Of a stretch of 64,000 nucleotides of DNA, positions 1 to 9,593 are shown piece after piece (the first letter of the stretch is position 1; each line of letters begins with the position of its first letter). The position numbers and the translations under genes were made by a program. Source of the stretch: an uncultured Christensenella sp. (lineage in GTDB: Bacteria > Bacillota > Clostridia > Christensenellales > Borkfalkiaceae); the NCBI GenBank assembly GCA_950064505.1, contig CATMBT010000003.1:51538-115537 (forward strand), written 5' to 3'. The notes below the pieces were generated by a model that was given only the letters and a program-made list of their open reading frames with translations, ran no database searches and was not told the origin of the DNA.

Positions 1-149
1 CCAAAAACAATTTCATCGCTTGATTTTGCGGCGGCTATTACTTCCTCGCTCTCAATCGCATAGGAAGCGCCGTTACTGCCAACCTGATTTAATACATATT
101 CAACACAATATTTCGTGTTGCCCGTTCCACTAAAATAAACGCCTATCAT
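1..149 (-). CDS. flavodoxin-family protein, N-terminal fragment (continues beyond window start)
   Basis: The reverse-complement ATG at 147-149 gives MIGVYFSGTGNTKYCVEYVLNQV. The YFSGTGNT motif is typical of a flavodoxin FMN-binding loop. AAGGA lies upstream of the start. This ORF is not in the supplied track because it is open at the window edge. Confidence 0.5.
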   Translation of the reverse strand, partial: MIGVYFSGTGNTKYCVEYVLNQVGSNGASYAIESEEVIAAAKSSDEIVF

Positions 150-184
150 ATAAATCTTTGTCCTTCGAATCACTGTTTATTATC

Positions 185-204
185 AAAAAAATCAATCGAT
201 TGAT
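185..204 (-). terminator. weak intrinsic terminator candidate after the hydrolase gene
   Basis: A perfect 14-bp palindrome, ATCAATCGATTGAT (191-204), is followed on the minus-strand RNA by U6-7 (185-190). The stem is AT-rich. Confidence 0.3.
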
Positions 205-247
205 AATTTGCGATAATACCGCGGGCTTTTATTATTATAATTAATTT

Positions 248-967
248 TTAATTAATGAATTTATCTATGTATTGTTCAGTGTCAGATTGAAACAATCCGC
301 AATGCCTATACCCTTTTATTTTTACAAAATTAGCCATTTTGTACTTCCTTACCCGAAGTAAACACAACCTCGCCTCGTCCTTACTGCCGTAAACAAAGGT
401 GATCGCCCGCTGTTTTTCGTCAGTTAATTTCGGGACGCTTATACCGAAACAACTGTCGATAAGATTTTTTAAGCTTTCAAACGAAACAGTCGGAGCTACC
501 TCTTTCTGCACCTCACCCATTCCGTTGAAGCATTTATTCAATTCTCTCGCAACGTCAACGCCGCCGGATTTGATTTTTTTAAGACACCGCTCATACTTAT
601 TGTAAAAATGTTTTTGAATAAATTCAGGGAAGTCAAACAAAGGAGCGCTGTCGATTATAACCTTATCTGCCTCTACAAGATTTTTTGCGTACAAATCAAA
701 AGCCGTATTCCCGCCGAGAGAAAATCCGAGCAACACGGACACTTTATCAATTGCATTCGATTTCAAAAATCCGATTATTGCCTTTTCTTCTTCCGCCATC
801 GAAACATATTCAGAGTTTGCGTAATGCCCGCTCATAGTAGGTATTATAAAATAATATTTATCTTTACAAATTTCAATGAGCTTCCCAAGGAAAAATCCGC
901 CCGTAAACATTGGGTGAATAGCTAAAAATACAGGATTGTTTTTATCTCCGAATGTTTCAATTTTCAT
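248..967 (-). CDS. alpha/beta-fold hydrolase
   Basis: 239 aa. It has a GFSLGG nucleophile elbow (G-x-S-x-G) and a late His (YRHCG), consistent with a Ser-Asp-His hydrolase fold. Confidence 0.7.
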   Translation of the reverse strand: MKIETFGDKNNPVFLAIHPMFTGGFFLGKLIEICKDKYYFIIPTMSGHYANSEYVSMAEEEKAIIGFLKSNAIDKVSVLLGFSLGGNTAFDLYAKNLVEADKVIIDSAPLFDFPEFIQKHFYNKYERCLKKIKSGGVDVARELNKCFNGMGEVQKEVAPTVSFESLKNLIDSCFGISVPKLTDEKQRAITFVYGSKDEARLCLLRVRKYKMANFVKIKGYRHCGLFQSDTEQYIDKFIN

Positions 968-970
968 ATC

Positions 971-1474
971 TTATTCCTTAACCAACGAATACATCTTCAT
1001 ATCGCGGAACGCTCCGTTTTTGTAAGCGTTTTTACGCAAAATCCCCTCTAAAACAAAGCCGTTCTTTTCCAACACGCGGCAACTTGCAATATTTTCAGCG
1101 AAAGGCTCTGCGTAAATTCTTACGATATCCGTGTTATTAAAAACGTGTTCACTCGCAAGGCGCACAGCCTCAGTGCAGATCCCTGCGCCCCAATAATCCA
1201 CGCCGACATAATAGCCCAATTCCGCCGTTCTGAAATGTATATTACCCTGTCTGAAAATGCCGATAGAGCCCACAACTTTGCCATTATAAACTATTGCAAA
1301 GCAAAATTCGTTATTTTTATCAGCAGAAAGACAGGAATTAATATAAAAGAGCGCGTCGTCTTGCGTATACGGATAAGGCAATCCGTCGCGTAAATTGTCA
1401 AGTATTCGTCTGTCGTTCAAAAGTTCTGCGAGCATTTCAGCGTCGCTTTGGCTCCACTCTTTCAACTTCACCAT
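971..1474 (-). CDS. GNAT family N-acetyltransferase (RimJ/RimL-like)
   Basis: 167 aa. The length and the YWGAGICTEA / EKNGF segments resemble the acetyl-CoA binding core of RimJ/RimL-type GNATs. Confidence 0.75.
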   Translation of the reverse strand: MVKLKEWSQSDAEMLAELLNDRRILDNLRDGLPYPYTQDDALFYINSCLSADKNNEFCFAIVYNGKVVGSIGIFRQGNIHFRTAELGYYVGVDYWGAGICTEAVRLASEHVFNNTDIVRIYAEPFAENIASCRVLEKNGFVLEGILRKNAYKNGAFRDMKMYSLVKE

Positions 1475-1481
1475 TCGTTCG

Positions 1482-2702
1482 TCACCTCAGTTTCTCCAAA
1501 ATCCTTTCCAAAGCGTATTTGCCGTGTTCGTAGGTAAGACCGCCTTGAAAATATACGACGTACGGCGGTTTTACAGGTCCGTCCGCCGATAGCTCAATCG
1601 ACGCGCCCGACACAAACGTACCCGCCGCCATAATAATTTTATCTTCATAACCCGGCATATCCCACGGCTCGCAGGTGACATAGCTGTCCACGGGCGACGC
1701 ATACTGAACTTCTCTGATAAAGTCAATCATTTTATCGGCGTCGCCGAACTGTATACAGCGGGTTATGTCGTGCGGAATTTTATCAATTTCGGGATAATTT
1801 TTAAACCCGAGCTCCGTCATTGCCTTGCCTATGAGCAAAGAACACTTCAACGCCTGCGCGACAGTATGAGGAGCTAAAAACAACCCTTGGTAAAAATACT
1901 GATATCCAAACACATACGATCCGACTTCAAGCCCGATCGACGGCGCGGTAAATCTTCGCCCGATTTTATCAATCAGGTCGGCGTTTCCTACTATATAACC
2001 ACCCGTGGGAGCTACGCCGCCGCCCGCGTTTTTTATGAGCGAGCCGACGCAAACGTCCGCGCCGACCTCCGTGGGTTCTTGCTTGTCGACAAATTCGCCG
2101 TAGCAATTATCTACAAAAATTATGCCGTTAAAGCCATTTTTACGCAAAAATTGACAAATATCCCCTATCTGACTGCACGAAAGCGCGTCGCGAAGTTCGT
2201 ATCCTCGAGAACGCTGAATATACACAAGGCTTACCTTATCGTTCATCAACCCAGCAATTCTCTCTCGGTCAAAATCACCGCGTTCGGTTAAGTCGCAACA
2301 AATAAATTCAACGCCGATATCTTTAAGCGAGCCTATCCCGTCACCGCTGATTACAGGACGAATAGTATCGTAGGGCATACCGCTTATACATAACATTCTG
2401 TCTCCACGCTTCAAAAGTCCGAAGAGCGCAACCGAAAGCGAATGCGTACCCGAAAGCAAGTGCGGCGAAACTATTCCCGCCTCTGCTCCGAAAACCTCCG
2501 CATACAGCTTACCCAGCGTATCTCGCCCCTCGTCACCGTAACCGTAACCCGTAGTACCCGCAAAATGGCGCACAGCTACGCAATTGTTTCTGAAAGCCTG
2601 TATCACCTTGCGTTGATTGTAATAACTGACTTCGTCAATATATTTAAAACTTGTGATTAATTCGTTTTCACACTGTTCGATAAATTGTTTGTTATCTGTC
2701 AT
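1482..2702 (-). CDS. PLP-dependent methionine gamma-lyase-family protein (YnbB / aluminium-resistance protein family)
   Basis: 406 aa. The overall sequence resembles the YnbB family, which is commonly found downstream of miaA in Firmicutes. It overlaps the miaA stop by 11 nt. Confidence 0.7.
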   Translation of the reverse strand: MTDNKQFIEQCENELITSFKYIDEVSYYNQRKVIQAFRNNCVAVRHFAGTTGYGYGDEGRDTLGKLYAEVFGAEAGIVSPHLLSGTHSLSVALFGLLKRGDRMLCISGMPYDTIRPVISGDGIGSLKDIGVEFICCDLTERGDFDRERIAGLMNDKVSLVYIQRSRGYELRDALSCSQIGDICQFLRKNGFNGIIFVDNCYGEFVDKQEPTEVGADVCVGSLIKNAGGGVAPTGGYIVGNADLIDKIGRRFTAPSIGLEVGSYVFGYQYFYQGLFLAPHTVAQALKCSLLIGKAMTELGFKNYPEIDKIPHDITRCIQFGDADKMIDFIREVQYASPVDSYVTCEPWDMPGYEDKIIMAAGTFVSGASIELSADGPVKPPYVVYFQGGLTYEHGKYALERILEKLR

Positions 2703-3600
2703 TTAATAACTCCATAATTCTTTCAGCTGTTGCTTCTTCGGGTTTTAGCCACACAATTCCATTAAGTTTTTTAAAGAAAGTTTTCTGACGCTTTGCATAA
2801 TGCCGCGTATTTTTCTTAATTATGTCACGCATAGTACTATCGTTATACCCAAATTTTAAACCTTCGAGCACTTCTTTATAACCTATGGCAGACATAGATT
2901 GACAATTTTCGTCAATTCCTCGCGCTTTTAAGCCTTTAACCTCATCAATCAAGCCGGAATTGAACATTACGTCCACCCTGCAATTAATGCGTTGATAGAG
3001 CGCCTCGCGCGGGTAATCTATCGCAACGGCAAGATAGTCGTAGCGCGGTTTCAGTTTATCGTCGTTTAGTTCCGACTTCCTCTTCCCGCTTATTTCGTAT
3101 ATTTCAAGCGCACGGATTACCCTTTTCGTGTCGTTCGGGTGCAGTTTTACAGCCGTTTCCGGGTCGACCTGTTCAAGAAGAGAAAACAGATATTCCTTTC
3201 CGCGCTCAGCTAAAACAGCTTCGTACTTTGCACGCTTATTTGCGTCCGCCTTTGCATTGCCGTAGCTAAGACTGTACAAAATCGAATTTATATAAAATCC
3301 CGTGCCGCCGCAGACTATTGGAGTTTTCCCTTCTTCAAGCAACCTATTTATAATAGGTATAGCACGCTCCTCGTAGTCTGATACCGTAAACGGCTCTCTG
3401 CAATCGACAACATCGATCAAATGATGCCGTATACCCTGCATTTCGGCATACGTAGGTTTTGCAGTTCCTATGTTCAATCCTCTGTATACAAGCTGCGAAT
3501 CAGCCGAAATAATTTCCGTATTCATTGCCTTGGCGCAGTCTACCGCAAGCGACGTCTTTCCCGTTGCCGTTGCACCGCAAATTATCAATACACGGTTCAA
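2692..3600 (-). CDS. miaA: tRNA dimethylallyltransferase
   Basis: 302 aa. P-loop GATATGKTSLAV at the N-terminus, the SADSQLVYRGLNIGTAKP motif, and a position after mutL. Confidence 0.93.
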   Translation of the reverse strand: MNRVLIICGATATGKTSLAVDCAKAMNTEIISADSQLVYRGLNIGTAKPTYAEMQGIRHHLIDVVDCREPFTVSDYEERAIPIINRLLEEGKTPIVCGGTGFYINSILYSLSYGNAKADANKRAKYEAVLAERGKEYLFSLLEQVDPETAVKLHPNDTKRVIRALEIYEISGKRKSELNDDKLKPRYDYLAVAIDYPREALYQRINCRVDVMFNSGLIDEVKGLKARGIDENCQSMSAIGYKEVLEGLKFGYNDSTMRDIIKKNTRHYAKRQKTFFKKLNGIVWLKPEEATAERIMELLNDR

Positions 3601-3604
3601 CGCG

Positions 3605-5611
3605 CTATACCTTCCTCTTGAACATCTTCTCGATTTCGTATTTAGTCAGCTTCACGCAGACGGGGCGACCGTGCGGACACTTTAATCCGACGTTACCTTT
3701 AATCATAGCAAAAAGCTCGTCGCGCTCCTGCTCGTTTAAAACGTCGCCGCCCTTTATCGCCGCCTTACACGCCGACTGCGCAATCTTGTCTTTGAGCATA
3801 TCGACAAGGGTTATCGACTTCAATTCGTGAATATTGGCAAGAAAATCGTCAAAAAACGTCTTAGCGTCAAGGTTAGGCAAGTCGGCGGGGATTTCGTTCA
3901 CTCTGTAAGAGTTCGATCCAAACGGCTCAACGCTAAATCCCATTTGCCATATGACTTTCATATTGTCTTCGATAAACTGCTTTTCTTCGGGGTTGACGAC
4001 AAAAATATAGGGAACAAGCAAGCTCTGCTTCGCAAGACGGCGCTCTCCGAATTTAGCGCGATACGCGTCATAAATTAACCTCTCATGCGCCGCATGCTGG
4101 TCAATCATATATACGTCGTCCTCATGCTCGTACATCAAGTATGTGTTAAATAACACGCCTCTGTACTTGCACTGCGTATACTGTATTCTCTCCTGCTCTA
4201 AGCGCGCCTTTTCTTCCTTTTCACGTCTTTGAGCCGGCGATAAATTATCATCCTTGCCGCTACACAACGTAAACGTATCGTTCAATTTTTCATTGCTTCT
4301 TGTCGCGTAGTATTTATATAAGGGCAAATCTTTTTCGGGATTGACGTCCAAATTGGGAGCTTCGTAATTTTCATACGGCGAAGTATCAACGACTGTACTC
4401 TCCGCCTCTTGCTTTTCCCTTTTCTTTTCTTTAACGTATTGCTCGATGCCTACAACGTCCGAAAAGTCCTTGTCGTATATCTTTTCCGTGCTTGTAAATT
4501 CCGCGGCGTAGGGCACAGGTTGCGACGGCGGTGCTACAACGGGTACTTCCAAAGGATCGTCACTAACCTTCTCCTGCTGCAAATCGAACTGCTTGCCGTC
4601 GCTTACTACAAAGTCGGCAGCCTTTACCGTACCGTCAAGTATTGAAGAAATTATTTTATAGACCGTCCCGTAAATCAGCGAATTGTCTATAAATCTGACG
4701 TCCGCTTTATTGGGGTGCACGTTGACGTCTACAATTTCGTCGGACATTTCAATAAACAGCACGTAAAACGGATACTGCCGCTTCATTGCGTAAGCCGAAT
4801 AAGCGTTGGTTATCGCTCCCGATATTACAGGGTTTGTAATGTGTCTGCCGTTCAGAAAAACGTTCTGATACGTTTTATTTGACTTAAAAAAGTTCTGATT
4901 ACTGATAAAACCGCGCAATTTAATGTCGTTGCGCTCCGCACTTATCTTAAAACAGTTGGGCAAAACGTTTGCGCCGTAAACCTGCGTTATCGCCTCTTCC
5001 AGCCCTCCGCCATATGACTGCATGCTGAGCTTGCCGTCGATATAATACTTAAACGATATATCGGGATATCCCAAAATATAGTGCGTTATAAAGGTAGTTA
5101 TGTCCGCCTCTTCCTTCTTGTCCGACTTCATAAACTTGAAGCGCACGGGAGTATTGAAGAAAAATTTCGTTATGGATATCTGAGTACCGTGCGACGGAAC
5201 GGCGGCGGGCTCAACCTTTCCTATATATTCGCCGTCGCATTCGACCTTGTTGCCTTCCTTGCCCTCGACCGCGCTTATGAGCTCGACGCACGCAATCGAA
5301 GAAATTGTCGCAAGAGCCTCGCCACGGAAACCGAGCGTATGAATGTGGTCAATATCGTCAAGATTGCTGATTTTACTTGTGGCGTGCGCAACAAACGCCG
5401 CGCACATATCTTCCTTTTCAATACCGCACCCGTTATCAACGACCTTTATGAGATCCTTGCCGCCGCGCTCTATATAAATTTCAATTTCGGTAGCGCCCGC
5501 GTCGATACTGTTTTCGATTAATTCCTTAACGGCGGAATACGGTCTGTCAATGACCTCGCCCGCCGCTATTCTGTTGCATAATTCCTCTGAAAGTAAATTT
5601 ATTTTTCCCAT
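3605..5611 (-). CDS. mutL: DNA mismatch repair protein MutL
   Basis: 668 aa. GHKL ATPase N-terminus (IAAGEVIDRPYSAVKELIENSIDAG) and a C-terminal endonuclease motif, DQHAAHERLIY. Confidence 0.95.
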   Translation of the reverse strand: MGKINLLSEELCNRIAAGEVIDRPYSAVKELIENSIDAGATEIEIYIERGGKDLIKVVDNGCGIEKEDMCAAFVAHATSKISNLDDIDHIHTLGFRGEALATISSIACVELISAVEGKEGNKVECDGEYIGKVEPAAVPSHGTQISITKFFFNTPVRFKFMKSDKKEEADITTFITHYILGYPDISFKYYIDGKLSMQSYGGGLEEAITQVYGANVLPNCFKISAERNDIKLRGFISNQNFFKSNKTYQNVFLNGRHITNPVISGAITNAYSAYAMKRQYPFYVLFIEMSDEIVDVNVHPNKADVRFIDNSLIYGTVYKIISSILDGTVKAADFVVSDGKQFDLQQEKVSDDPLEVPVVAPPSQPVPYAAEFTSTEKIYDKDFSDVVGIEQYVKEKKREKQEAESTVVDTSPYENYEAPNLDVNPEKDLPLYKYYATRSNEKLNDTFTLCSGKDDNLSPAQRREKEEKARLEQERIQYTQCKYRGVLFNTYLMYEHEDDVYMIDQHAAHERLIYDAYRAKFGERRLAKQSLLVPYIFVVNPEEKQFIEDNMKVIWQMGFSVEPFGSNSYRVNEIPADLPNLDAKTFFDDFLANIHELKSITLVDMLKDKIAQSACKAAIKGGDVLNEQERDELFAMIKGNVGLKCPHGRPVCVKLTKYEIEKMFKRKV

Positions 5612-8191
5612 TTATTTCACCTTCTCCACTAAATCGCCCAAAATCAGAAACGCCTGCATTGGCGACATATTGTTCATATCAATACCGGTTAAAATCTTCT
5701 CGACCTCGGAGGGCTCGCGCACTTGCTCTTCGTCATTCTGCGAAAAATCGTCCGAAGCCGTCAGGTCGCCGTTTTCGACAGCTTTTAAAATTTTCTTTGC
5801 CCTGTCGGTAACGCACGAAGGCACGCCCGCAAGCGAGGCAACCTCTATGCCAAAGCTACGGTTTGCTCCCCCGCGCATAATCTTGCGCAGAAAAACTATG
5901 CTCCCGTTGAAATCTTTGACGGCAATCTTATAATTTTTAATTCCCTTAATCTTGTCTTCAAGCTGTAAAAGCTCGTGATAATGAGTTGCAAACAGCGTCT
6001 TTGCTCCGATTTTTTCAGTTATATGCTCTATCACCGCCCAAGCAATGCTCAGCCCGTCGTACGTGCTCGTGCCTCTCCCCACCTCGTCAAGAATGAGCAA
6101 GCTGTCCTTTGTTGCGTTTTGCAGTATCGAGGCAACCTCTATCATCTCAACCATAAAAGTCGATTGATCGTAAATCAGATTATCGCTTGCTCCTATCCTC
6201 GTAAAAATTCTGTCGATTACGGGAATCTGCGCGCTCCTGGCAGGCACAAAACAGCCCAATTGCGCCATTATCGCAATAATTGCGTTTTGACGCATATACG
6301 TGCTCTTACCCGCCATATTCGGACCTGTTATAATCAACGTTCTGTTTTCGTCCTCGTCAATCAGAGTATCGTTCGCAACAAATTTCTCCTTGGAAATCAC
6401 CTCCACGACGGGGTGTCTGCCCTCTTTTATAATCATAGGCTGACTGCTTTCGACTATTTTAGGTCGGACGTAGTTGTTGCTCTTGGAAACTTCGGCAAAG
6501 GCTATGAGCACGTCAAGGCGCGCTATGTTTTCGGCTATACTTTTCAGAGCGCCGATTTCACCCAAAAGCTTGTCCTTTAATTCCTGATAGAGCGCCGCCT
6601 CTAACTTTAACGCTCCATCCTCGCTCGTAAGGATTTTTTCCTCCAACTGTTTTAAGCGGTCCGTCGTGTACCTCTCCGCATTGGAGAGCGTCTGCTTGCG
6701 GTGATAGGTCGTCGGCACTTTATCCTTAAACGACTTCGACACTTCTATGTAATAGCCGAAAACTCTGTTGTAACCGACCTTTAAGGTACGTATACCCGTC
6801 GTATCGCGCTCGTTGGTTTCAAGCTCGTATAGCAGTCCAGCCGCAGAGTTTTTCAGATTGCGCAATTCGTCAAGCCGCGCGTTGTAGCCGCTTTTGATAT
6901 AGCCGCCGTCCGCAAGCTTTGTAGGAGTCTTTTCGCTCTCTATGGCGGCGTTGATATTGTTGGCAATAGCGCTTAAATCAATCAGATTTTTTGAAATATC
7001 GCAAATAATCTTTGAAGTAAAGCCTGCAAGCCTGAATTTTATGTTGGGTATGACCAACAGCGACTGGGCAAGCGCAAGGCAATCAACCGGCATAATGTTT
7101 CCGTTTGAAATTTTGCCCGACAAGCGCTCCACGTCCTTAACCTGCTTCAAAAGCTCGATCAAGCCGACGCGCACAACCGTCGCGTTGAACAACTCCTCTA
7201 CGCCGTCAAGTCTGTAATTAATCGCGTCGATATTGTTCAGTGGCGATACAATGGCATTACAGAGCTTTCGTGCGCCTATCGACGTGCTCGTCTTGTCAAG
7301 CACCCATAAGAGCGAGCCGTACTTTTTGCCCTCGCCGAGATTCTTTACAATTTCAAGATTTCTTAGTGCGGATATGTCGAGCTGCATTCCGCTTGCCGAC
7401 GATATGTACTTAATATTGTCTATATTTGCAAGCGCGTGCTTCTGAGTTTCTTTCAGATACTCGATAAGAGCTCCCGCCGCGCAGATTGCACTCTTCTTCC
7501 CGCCTATGGAAAACGCATTGAGCGACTGCGCGTTCAATTGCGCAAGAACACTCTTCTCCGCCGCCGCGTAGTTATACGCCCAGCCTAAATAAGACGAAAA
7601 ACACGGCAAAATACCCCTCATAACCTCGGGAATATTGCGGGAAGCAAACAACATTTCGTCGTTTGAAATAATTTCTTTAACGTTAAGTTTGACCAATTTA
7701 ACAATAGCGCTTCTTACACAGTCCTTACCGGCAAACTCCGTTGCGCACATTTCGCCCGTCGTAATGTCCGCCCAGCTTATGGCAACGTTATCGCCGTTTT
7801 TGTATACCGAGCAAAGATAATTGTTGACCTTTTCGTCAAGGCTGCCGTCGTCCGTAACCGTGCCCGCCGTGACCACCCTGATTACGTCGCGCTTTACCAT
7901 TTCCTTCGTCTTTGACGGCTCTTCAAGCTGTTCGCAAATGGCAACCTTCTCGCCGTGAGCTATCAGCTTGGCAATGTACGAATCGGCGGCGTGATAGGGC
8001 ACTCCACACATAGGCGCGCGCTCTTCCAATCCGCAGTCGCGCCCCGTCAACGTCAACCCGAGGATTTCGGAAGCCCGCACAGCGTCGTCAAAAAACATTT
8101 CATAAAAATCGCCCAAACGATAAAAAATAATGCAATCTTTGTACTTCTCCTTTATCCCGAGAAAGTGACTCATCATCTGTGTAAGCGGCAT
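5612..8191 (-). CDS. mutS: DNA mismatch repair protein MutS
   Basis: 859 aa. Mismatch-binding N-terminus (FYRLGDFYEMFFDDA), Walker A GPNMAGKST, and the DEVGRGTSTYDG motif. Confidence 0.96.
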   Translation of the reverse strand: MPLTQMMSHFLGIKEKYKDCIIFYRLGDFYEMFFDDAVRASEILGLTLTGRDCGLEERAPMCGVPYHAADSYIAKLIAHGEKVAICEQLEEPSKTKEMVKRDVIRVVTAGTVTDDGSLDEKVNNYLCSVYKNGDNVAISWADITTGEMCATEFAGKDCVRSAIVKLVKLNVKEIISNDEMLFASRNIPEVMRGILPCFSSYLGWAYNYAAAEKSVLAQLNAQSLNAFSIGGKKSAICAAGALIEYLKETQKHALANIDNIKYISSASGMQLDISALRNLEIVKNLGEGKKYGSLLWVLDKTSTSIGARKLCNAIVSPLNNIDAINYRLDGVEELFNATVVRVGLIELLKQVKDVERLSGKISNGNIMPVDCLALAQSLLVIPNIKFRLAGFTSKIICDISKNLIDLSAIANNINAAIESEKTPTKLADGGYIKSGYNARLDELRNLKNSAAGLLYELETNERDTTGIRTLKVGYNRVFGYYIEVSKSFKDKVPTTYHRKQTLSNAERYTTDRLKQLEEKILTSEDGALKLEAALYQELKDKLLGEIGALKSIAENIARLDVLIAFAEVSKSNNYVRPKIVESSQPMIIKEGRHPVVEVISKEKFVANDTLIDEDENRTLIITGPNMAGKSTYMRQNAIIAIMAQLGCFVPARSAQIPVIDRIFTRIGASDNLIYDQSTFMVEMIEVASILQNATKDSLLILDEVGRGTSTYDGLSIAWAVIEHITEKIGAKTLFATHYHELLQLEDKIKGIKNYKIAVKDFNGSIVFLRKIMRGGANRSFGIEVASLAGVPSCVTDRAKKILKAVENGDLTASDDFSQNDEEQVREPSEVEKILTGIDMNNMSPMQAFLILGDLVEKVK

Positions 8192-8195
8192 TTTT

Positions 8196-9524
8196 CTATT
8201 CCTCCGTAATTTCGCCGATAAGCGATATTCCGTTCGCTTCGTTTATCTTAACGTTAACAAATTGACCTTTTTTGTCGTCAATACTGTCAAAATATACCAT
8301 TCTTCCGTGCTCGCTCCTGCCCAAATAGAGAGAACGCTTATCGTCGTAGCCCTCGCACAGCACCTCAACGGTCTGCCCGACAAACCTCGCCGAATGACTG
8401 CGCGTGTGTTCGTTTACCAAATCAACGAGCTCCATAATCCTGCGCTTGCTCACGTCCTCGGGAATTTGGTTGGGCATAAGCGCCGCCTTTGTCCCCTCCC
8501 GCTTGGAGTAAACAAACGTGAACGCCGAAGCAAAATCGACCTTATTGACAAGCTCGAGCGTAGCCTTGAAGTCCTCCTCCGTTTCGCCCGGAAAACCGAC
8601 TATAATATCCGTAGTAATGGCGCAATCGGGAACGTGCTTGCGCAAAATTTCTACCTTATTCAGATAATCCCGCGCCGTATAGCGCCTGTTCATTGCAGAT
8701 AAAATGCTGTCCGAACCGCTCTGAACGGGCAAATGCAGGCAATTGCAAATCTTTTTATTGCGACCGATAACCTTAGCCAGCTCTTCCGAAAAATCTTTGG
8801 GGTGACTTGTCATAAAGCGCACCCTGAAATTTCCGTCAATATTGGCAACCCGCTCCAACAGCTCGTAAAAAGGAATATCTGCGCCGCCGTTGCCGTACGA
8901 ATTGACGTTCTGACCAAGTAATGTTATCTCCTTATACCCCTCGGCTACAAGCTTCCCGACTTCCGCAAGAATATTTTCCGATTTTCTGCTGCGTTCCCTG
9001 CCGCGCACATAGGGAACTATGCAGTAAGTACAAAAATTGTTGCAGCCGTATGTAATGTTGACCCACGCGTTAGGATAACTCGTTCTCAGCGGCACGTCGC
9101 CCTCGAACACCGAGCCGTCGCACTGCTCGATTTCTATAATCGGCTTTTTCCTGCCGCGCTTCTCGATTATGTACTCCTTTAACTTGTTTAAATTGTGAGT
9201 ACCGAAAATGATGTCAACGTAAGGAAATTTCTCGTGCAAGCTGTCCGCTTTATTTATTTGCTGAGTAAGACAACCGCCGACCGCAATAATCATGTCACGT
9301 TTAGCGGCTTTAAGCTTTTTCAGCATACCGATATTTCCGTAAGCGTGATTTTCCGCGTTTTCTCTTATACAGCAAGTATTAAAAACCACAACGTCGGCCT
9401 GCTCCATCTTGTCGCATGCAATATAACCCAACCCGCTCAATATTCCGGCTATCTTCTCAGATTCGTGAACGTTCATCTGACAGCCGTATGTAACTATATG
9501 ATAAAACTTATCCATAGTATCCAT
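8196..9524 (-). CDS. miaB: tRNA-i6A37 methylthiotransferase MiaB (radical SAM)
   Basis: YGCQMN N-terminal cluster motif, radical-SAM CNNFCTYCIVP, and a C-terminal TRAM domain. The track ORF begins at a TTG (9551). I prefer the first ATG (MDTMDKFYHIVTYGCQMN) at 9524, but the start is uncertain. Confidence 0.9.
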   Translation of the reverse strand: MDTMDKFYHIVTYGCQMNVHESEKIAGILSGLGYIACDKMEQADVVVFNTCCIRENAENHAYGNIGMLKKLKAAKRDMIIAVGGCLTQQINKADSLHEKFPYVDIIFGTHNLNKLKEYIIEKRGRKKPIIEIEQCDGSVFEGDVPLRTSYPNAWVNITYGCNNFCTYCIVPYVRGRERSRKSENILAEVGKLVAEGYKEITLLGQNVNSYGNGGADIPFYELLERVANIDGNFRVRFMTSHPKDFSEELAKVIGRNKKICNCLHLPVQSGSDSILSAMNRRYTARDYLNKVEILRKHVPDCAITTDIIVGFPGETEEDFKATLELVNKVDFASAFTFVYSKREGTKAALMPNQIPEDVSKRRIMELVDLVNEHTRSHSARFVGQTVEVLCEGYDDKRSLYLGRSEHGRMVYFDSIDDKKGQFVNVKINEANGISLIGEITEE

Positions 9525-9593
9525 TATAGCTTTTTTTGCTTTAATTTTCAATTAAATTGCAATAAATATTTTAAATTATGGATACTAAATATA

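Noticed and set aside
9195-9593. 133-codon N-terminal extension of the class A PBP ORF
   Set aside because: It overlaps the 5' end of the divergently transcribed miaB. The extension translates to implausible sequence. A signal-anchor-type N-terminus begins at the ATG at 9594.
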